Shown here: in pieces, positions 26,667 to 32,000 of the stretch
Numbering within the stretch: position 1 is the first letter of the stretch
Layout of the letters: each line of letters begins with the position of its first letter
DNA from: Candidatus Heimdallarchaeota archaeon
Lineage (GTDB): Archaea > Asgardarchaeota > Heimdallarchaeia > JABLTI01
Assembly (NCBI GenBank): GCA_030614005.1
Contig: JAUWKS010000007.1
Span: forward strand, 46,610-78,609
DNA: 32,000 bases
Direction of reading: 5' to 3'
Position numbers and translations under genes: made by a program
The notes under the pieces: model-generated
Told to the model about the DNA's origin: nothing
Database searches by the model: none
Seen by the model: only the letters and a program-made list of their open reading frames with translations

Positions 26667-28190
26667 ATGTTTCAATACACACTAGTAATTGCAATCTTTA
26701 CACTACTCATTTCACCAATATTGGTATTCGTACTAGGAAAGTGGAATGAACACGTTGCAAAATGGACAGCATTCCTCGCAGTACTAACTTCTGCAATATT
26801 TGCTCTCTTAACAATCGGCGATGTATTATATCTCGGAGCATATACGGATACTTTAGGTGGCTTTACACTAGATCTGGGAGCAAAAGCTCTCTCAATTAAT
26901 TTCATTCTAGTAGCAGACTCACTAAGTCTTCCAATAGCAGGAGCAATCTATGTGCTCGCACTCGCTGTAATAATGTACAGCTTCGGTTACATGAAGGAAC
27001 AAAAGAACTTGGGACTCTATTATGCGCTCTTAGTTCTCTACGTTGCTGGAATGATCGGAGTAGTATTCGCAGGTGACTTAGCTTATTTCTACGTCTTCTG
27101 GGAACTGATGCTAATACCATCATACTTCATTATCGCGAACTGGGGTTCAAAACCAAACTCAGTGAAGATTGCATTCAAGTACTTCATCTTTACACATGTA
27201 GGTGCTATGGCAATACTCATCGGCATTGGTGGACTCTGGGCATTCTCAGATTTTGGAATAACAGGTGGTGCCTTAACAATGGCAGGATTTGCTCTAAGTA
27301 GCAGTGTTGCATCATCAACTATCAGATTGTTGACTTTGCTCTTTATAGTAGGATTTTCCGTCAAAATGGCGATATTCCCACTACACACGTGGCTTCCAGA
27401 TACTCACGGTGAAGCCCCCACACCAATCAGTGCTATCTTATCAGGTGTAATGATTCAAACGGCTGCTTACGCAGTTCTTCGTATCTGCACAGATATTATT
27501 GGCATAGACGGTATGGGCGGTTGGATGCGCTGGGTATTAATTGGCTTCGCAGTATTCACAATGATCTACGGGGGTGTCATGGCTATAGCTCAAAAGGATA
27601 CCAAACGACTCTTCGCTTACTCATCTATTTCACAGATGGGCTACATCTTCTTCGGACTTGCCACCTTTACAGCATACGGTGCAATAGGTTCTATGTTCCA
27701 CATCATCAGCCACTCGCTCGCGAAAGGATCCTTGTTTATGGTTGCAGGAATACTCATGACCCAAGTCGGTCACCATAAAGGACGAGAAATCAAAAAACTA
27801 GGCGGTCTTGGATTAAAGATGCCTATCACCGCAATTGTTGCTACGGTAGCAGCACTAAGCCTTGCAGGAACTCCACCACTGGCAGGATTTATGTCAGAAT
27901 GGATAATCTTCTCAGGAGGCTTAGCAGCAAACGATACTTTAGGAATTATAGCAGTAATATTCGCTATACTCTCAACAGCTCTAACAGCGACCTATGTTCT
28001 TCTCTTCTTGAAGGATGTATTTTTGGGACCAGTAAAAGAGGAATACAAGGATGTCAAAGACCCAAGTCCATATATGTGGATACCCTTGGTCACCATGGCA
28101 ATCCTAAGCTTCGTAATTGGAATATTCCCGAAAAGTGCACTAATTTTCATAACAAATTATGTTGCACCATTATTCACCGGAGGTTCATAA
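26667..28190 (+). CDS. nuoM: NuoM-like antiporter-type subunit
   Basis: [64 protein letters not shown]; AGGAGG upstream. Confidence 0.9.
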   Translation: MFQYTLVIAIFTLLISPILVFVLGKWNEHVAKWTAFLAVLTSAIFALLTIGDVLYLGAYTDTLGGFTLDLGAKALSINFILVADSLSLPIAGAIYVLALAVIMYSFGYMKEQKNLGLYYALLVLYVAGMIGVVFAGDLAYFYVFWELMLIPSYFIIANWGSKPNSVKIAFKYFIFTHVGAMAILIGIGGLWAFSDFGITGGALTMAGFALSSSVASSTIRLLTLLFIVGFSVKMAIFPLHTWLPDTHGEAPTPISAILSGVMIQTAAYAVLRICTDIIGIDGMGGWMRWVLIGFAVFTMIYGGVMAIAQKDTKRLFAYSSISQMGYIFFGLATFTAYGAIGSMFHIISHSLAKGSLFMVAGILMTQVGHHKGREIKKLGGLGLKMPITAIVATVAALSLAGTPPLAGFMSEWIIFSGGLAANDTLGIIAVIFAILSTALTATYVLLFLKDVFLGPVKEEYKDVKDPSPYMWIPLVTMAILSFVIGIFPKSALIFITNYVAPLFTGGS

Positions 28191-28194
28191 AACA

Positions 28195-29712
28195 ATGAAT
28201 GTATTCTGGATACTCCCAATAATCATACCACTTGCTGGTGCAGCATTAATTGGTATACTTGGAAAAATAGCTAAAAAAGAATCAGCTAGTTGGAATTTAG
28301 TCTATGCAGTAATTGCTAATATTTGTTTATTAGCAGTTCTTGGAATACTAATAACATTCTACACTTCACTAGGTTCTATTCTTAGCACCGAACTGAGTTG
28401 GAACATTGGACCTGATGTAGGTGCAACTTTCAAAATGGACCATTTAACTTGGTGGTTAGTACTAGTATTCGCCATCTTGGGTTCTGTAGTATCAATCTAT
28501 AGCATCAAATATATTGATCAAGACGACCGTATCGACCGATACTATCTTCTCTTACTCATCCTTGTTGCTGGAATGATTGGTGTAGTAATGTCAGGTGACA
28601 TGCTAACATTGTTTATCTTCTGGGAAACTATGAGCATAGCAAGCTATGTTCTTGTTGCTTTCAGAAAAGAACAACCAGAACCAATTGAAGCAGGTATCAA
28701 GTACCTCTTCATGTCCGCTTTCGGAAGTGTGATGATCCTCTTCGGAATGTCCTTAGCTTACGGAATCACAGGAACACTAAACATCGCCTCTGTTGGTACT
28801 ATCATTGCAACCAAATTCGCTAGTGGTCTCTCTGGAGTTCACTATATAATTATTGCAAGCCTTATCATCGGATTCGGTGTCAAAGCAGCCATCGTACCAT
28901 TACACACATGGCTTCCAGATGCGCACCCCGCAGCCCCAAGCGGAATTTCCGCAATGTTGTCTGGTGTTGTCATTATGACTGGCATGTATGGTATGATCTA
29001 CACTCTTACATCCTTCTTCCGACCTACAGGAACAAACATTGGTTTTATCCTTCTCTGGATTGCAGTAATTACTATGATAGTTGGAAACCTTCTCGCACTA
29101 CGACAAAACGACCTCAAACGTTTGCTTGCGTTCTCTACAGTTCTCAACGTTGGTTTCATACTCTTTGGTCTATCTATGGCCCTAACAGGTCTTGACCAAG
29201 ATGTTGCTCTCATAAGCGTTCAAGGTGGATGGTTCCATATCTTTACCCACGCCCTTGGCAAGGGATTAGCTTTTCTTGCCGCCGGAGCGATTATCTATCG
29301 CATCGAAGATCGTGGTTTAGATCGCATGGAAGGCATTGGTAGAAAGATGCCCTGGACAATAACGGCTCTCACAATAGCTCTTTTGAGCCTTGCTGGTGTG
29401 CCCCCACTCCCAGGCTTCTGGTCCAAGCTAAACATTGTGCTTGCAGCTGTTAGCTCAGGTAACTGGCAATATTATGTTGGAATAGTTTTATTCCTACTAT
29501 CTAGCGTCATCTCTGTAGTTTATTATTTGATTGTTCTTCAGAAACTTTGGTTCAGCGAACCACAAGAACATCTCAAGGACGTCAAAGAAACACCTATAGA
29601 AATTCTAATACCACTTTACGTATTAGTTATCGTGATGCTTATTGTTAGTATCATTCCAGGTAGATTTGAAATATTGGTTAAGCAAGCTGCAGAAGTTGCA
29701 ATGTTGCTATAA
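28195..29712 (+). CDS. Third antiporter-type subunit in the NuoN position, MrpD/MbhH-like in sequence
   Basis: [69 protein letters not shown]; ATG 28195 after GGAGGT. Confidence 0.88.
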   Translation: MNVFWILPIIIPLAGAALIGILGKIAKKESASWNLVYAVIANICLLAVLGILITFYTSLGSILSTELSWNIGPDVGATFKMDHLTWWLVLVFAILGSVVSIYSIKYIDQDDRIDRYYLLLLILVAGMIGVVMSGDMLTLFIFWETMSIASYVLVAFRKEQPEPIEAGIKYLFMSAFGSVMILFGMSLAYGITGTLNIASVGTIIATKFASGLSGVHYIIIASLIIGFGVKAAIVPLHTWLPDAHPAAPSGISAMLSGVVIMTGMYGMIYTLTSFFRPTGTNIGFILLWIAVITMIVGNLLALRQNDLKRLLAFSTVLNVGFILFGLSMALTGLDQDVALISVQGGWFHIFTHALGKGLAFLAAGAIIYRIEDRGLDRMEGIGRKMPWTITALTIALLSLAGVPPLPGFWSKLNIVLAAVSSGNWQYYVGIVLFLLSSVISVVYYLIVLQKLWFSEPQEHLKDVKETPIEILIPLYVLVIVMLIVSIIPGRFEILVKQAAEVAMLL

Positions 29713-29763
29713 AACCAAATCGTTTACAAAATATAGAATTGCATGAAGTTTTTCTTCATGCGT

Positions 29764-30924
29764 TCAACTCTTTTTTTCTATTTTTTCTCTGCCATTTGAT
29801 TGTCTTTGTAGAGAAATAATCAATAATCCTCCAACGATACCTGGTATAAGCACATTAAAGAACGTTTGAAGAATTGAAAGATTAATTGAAGCAACACTGA
29901 TATTTGGAATCAAAGTATTGTTTACGATTAGAAATCCTAAGAGGATCATAATTACTGTGTCTCGAATACCAATGCCACTTATACTTATTGGGATGACCAT
30001 CGCAGTAATTGCTGCAACACACAATACTGCAATAACGATCAGCGGATTCTGCACTGAATTGAAAATTTCTACTCTAAATGCTTCTAATAAAATGCATCCT
30101 TGCAGTCCCAACAAAACCCAAAAACCAACTGAGAGAGTGGCTAAAATAATGTACTGCCACCAGCGGTAATTTTTTTGATTTTCATAAAAATCAGTTATTA
30201 TTTCTTGAGAAGTCATTTCTATCTTATTCTTTGCATTCTTTTTCTTGAACATTTTTGAAATGAATTTTAGTATGAAATTTAGAACCGGTTTTGTTATCTT
30301 TCCATTAAAAACAGCAATAATTAATATAATGAATATTAGAAATCCTAAGCCAATGCCTGCAGGCATCCACCATGCAATTTCACTGAAACCTAGTTTCATT
30401 ATTGCTACAGGTATTGTTATTCCAACAATGATGAAGATACCTGTTAAATCTAATAGTCGATCAAAAACAACTGAAAAAACCGATAAACCAATTTTGATTT
30501 CCTTTCGCTCTTTTGAGAGATAAACTGCCCTTAAAACATCACCTATTTTTGCTGGAGTGATACTAGATCCGAAGGTGCCAATCAGTACAAATCTCAGTGC
30601 TTGTATGAAAGGTATGTTGTATCCATGAGGTTTTAAGACTAATTGCCATCGAATAGTTTTGATGATAAATAATAAGAAAGTGCAACCCACTGCGCCAAAA
30701 ATCAGTGCTATGTTTGCATTTACCAAAGATTTCCAGATTTGTTCTGGATTACTTTTTAGTATTAAGTAGGTCATTAGGCCTAAAGCCACCACAATTCCAA
30801 GAGCGAATTGCCAATATTTTTTCACCTGAAATTTCACTCGAGAGCCTTCACTGCTCTCATCACGTAATTGTTCATTTATCTCTTCGCTTTCAAATTGGAT
30901 GTTTTTTACTGTCAAGTTAAACAC
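29764..30924 (-). CDS. UPF0104 / lysylphosphatidylglycerol-synthase TM-domain protein (putative flippase); start uncertain
   Basis: KTIRWQLVL, TPAKIGDVLRAVYL, VVFDRLLDL, IPISISGIGIRD; multiple TMs. Confidence 0.85.
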   Translation of the reverse strand: MFNLTVKNIQFESEEINEQLRDESSEGSRVKFQVKKYWQFALGIVVALGLMTYLILKSNPEQIWKSLVNANIALIFGAVGCTFLLFIIKTIRWQLVLKPHGYNIPFIQALRFVLIGTFGSSITPAKIGDVLRAVYLSKERKEIKIGLSVFSVVFDRLLDLTGIFIIVGITIPVAIMKLGFSEIAWWMPAGIGLGFLIFIILIIAVFNGKITKPVLNFILKFISKMFKKKNAKNKIEMTSQEIITDFYENQKNYRWWQYIILATLSVGFWVLLGLQGCILLEAFRVEIFNSVQNPLIVIAVLCVAAITAMVIPISISGIGIRDTVIMILLGFLIVNNTLIPNISVASINLSILQTFFNVLIPGIVGGLLIISLQRQSNGREKIEKKS

Positions 30925-30958
30925 TTTTTTTTGTCTGTCTTACATCCATATTTTCCTT

Positions 30959-31978
30959 TCAAGGACTAAAGATCTCTGTGGAACTAAATTCTCTATCAAT
31001 CAATTTCTCGCTTGCGAGGAGTTTACCATAGTTAACTTCTTCCCAATATTGGGCAAAATCTATAACAGCATCTGAAATTGTTTTCTTGGGTTGATAGCCT
31101 AACAACCGTCTAGCTTTCCCAATATCTGCAAAAGTATCTTTAACATCTGCTTTGTTCATTTCAGTATATGTTAGAATGGGTTCAATACCGGTTACTTCTT
31201 CTACAATGGCTAGAACTTCATTCACCGAAATTCTCGTTCCTGCACCAACATTGAATATTTGCTGTTTTGCTTTTGGTTGTATTGCTGCCAAATAAAATGC
31301 TTGAACCATGTTCCCAACGTGGGTCCAGTCTCGAGTCTGATTTCCATCGCCAAAAATATTTATTGTTTCTCTATTCAGTACTCTTGAAATAAAAATATTT
31401 ATTGCCATATCAGGACGCTGGCGAGCTCCTACCACAGTAAATGGTCGAAGAATTGTAGTATCAAATTCCGGATAAAGGTGATTACATACTGCAACTAATT
31501 TTTCAGTTGTTAGTTTTGACACACCATAAAAGCTGATTGGTTCTGTTGGATGCTCCTCATCCATTGGCATATATTGTGTTGCCCCAAATACTGAAGAACT
31601 GCTAGTGATGACTACTTTTTTCACACCATTCTCTCGAGACACTGAAAGAACATTTGATGTTCCTTCCACATTTATTCTTAAAGCCATTTCGGGGTTTTCA
31701 GTAGAATATCGTACTCCGGGTTGCGCTGCTAAATGAACAACTGTATCAATTTTGTTTTTATAAATCGCTCTTGCTAAATGTTTCTTTGAGAGGATATTTC
31801 CTTCAACAATTGTTCCTCCGAGATTTTCAACGTCTCGAGCATTTCTCCATTTTAAATATGGTGAATAGTAATCAGAGAAGCAATCGTAAATTGTTACTTC
31901 TTCTTCCATTCCAAGAAGATGTTTTGCTAAATGATGTCCGATAAATCCTGCTCCACCAGTTATCAAGAAATTAGTCAA
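30959..31978 (-). CDS. NAD-dependent nucleotide-sugar epimerase/dehydratase (extended SDR, UDP-glucuronate/UDP-glucose 4-epimerase-like)
   Basis: ITGGAGFIG, HLAAQPGVRYS, SSSSVFG, YGVSK (YxxxK), RPFTVVGARQRPDMA, GDGNQTRDWTHV; TTG start. Confidence 0.92.
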   Translation of the reverse strand: MTNFLITGGAGFIGHHLAKHLLGMEEEVTIYDCFSDYYSPYLKWRNARDVENLGGTIVEGNILSKKHLARAIYKNKIDTVVHLAAQPGVRYSTENPEMALRINVEGTSNVLSVSRENGVKKVVITSSSSVFGATQYMPMDEEHPTEPISFYGVSKLTTEKLVAVCNHLYPEFDTTILRPFTVVGARQRPDMAINIFISRVLNRETINIFGDGNQTRDWTHVGNMVQAFYLAAIQPKAKQQIFNVGAGTRISVNEVLAIVEEVTGIEPILTYTEMNKADVKDTFADIGKARRLLGYQPKKTISDAVIDFAQYWEEVNYGKLLASEKLIDREFSSTEIFSP

Positions 31979-32000
31979 TTTTTGTCAGCTCTTTCAGTGA

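Noticed and set aside
19225-29712. Annotation as ordinary NADH:quinone oxidoreductase or Fpo
   Set aside because: No NuoEFG/FpoF; all four NiFe cysteines are present; the quinone-site His/Tyr positions are replaced; the small subunit has CxxC.
500-30920. The many 60-145 aa ORFs nested in or antisense to long genes (e.g. 1018-1455, 2919-3230, 6509-6811, 8201-8503, 21977-22279, 26343-26660, 30245-30523)
   Set aside because: Fully overlapped by well-supported CDS, with no motifs or RBS; typical shadow frames.
1-32000. CRISPR array, tRNA/rRNA, IS or prophage
   Set aside because: No regularly spaced repeats, no intergenic gap with RNA-gene-like composition, and no transposase, integrase or capsid motifs were seen by eye; a tRNAscan/Infernal run was not possible.

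Overview
AT-rich archaeal window, most likely from an Asgard archaeon of Heimdallarchaeia type. That placement is inferred from the longin-domain protein, the TM-anchored LVIVD and FG-GAP surface proteins, the large FtsX-like permease and the TTG starts; no phylogeny was run. Gene content from left to right: ornithine aminotransferase; a type VII (MacB/LolCDE-like) ABC permease plus a double-NBD ATPase; then on the minus strand an 8-repeat FG-GAP propeller surface protein, a GT2 glycosyltransferase, a HEAT protein, a reductive-dehalogenase-like protein and a second RdhA/QueG-superfamily protein. Divergent from these is a tight three-gene unit: a longin + tandem winged-helix protein resembling eukaryotic NPRL2 (GATOR1), an oxygen-binding di-iron protein (ODP) and a 108-aa unknown. 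Next come an LVIVD/FN3 surface protein and a Cys-rich Fe-S protein. A 12-gene membrane complex follows in complex I/Fpo order (A-B-C-D-H-I-J1-J2-K-L-M-N), but its D subunit keeps all four [NiFe] cysteines, making it a group 4 hydrogenase with three antiporter-like subunits. The window ends with a UPF0104 flippase-like gene and a nucleotide-sugar epimerase. No rRNA, tRNA, CRISPR array or mobile element was recognised. The best leads are (1) the NPRL2-like/ODP unit as a possible O2/Fe-sensing module wired to a eukaryote-like GTPase regulator, (2) the Mbh/complex I mosaic hydrogenase, and (3) the tandem cytoplasmic RdhA-like pair with a HEAT partner. All family calls come from motif recognition by eye, and reference sequences are recalled from memory.
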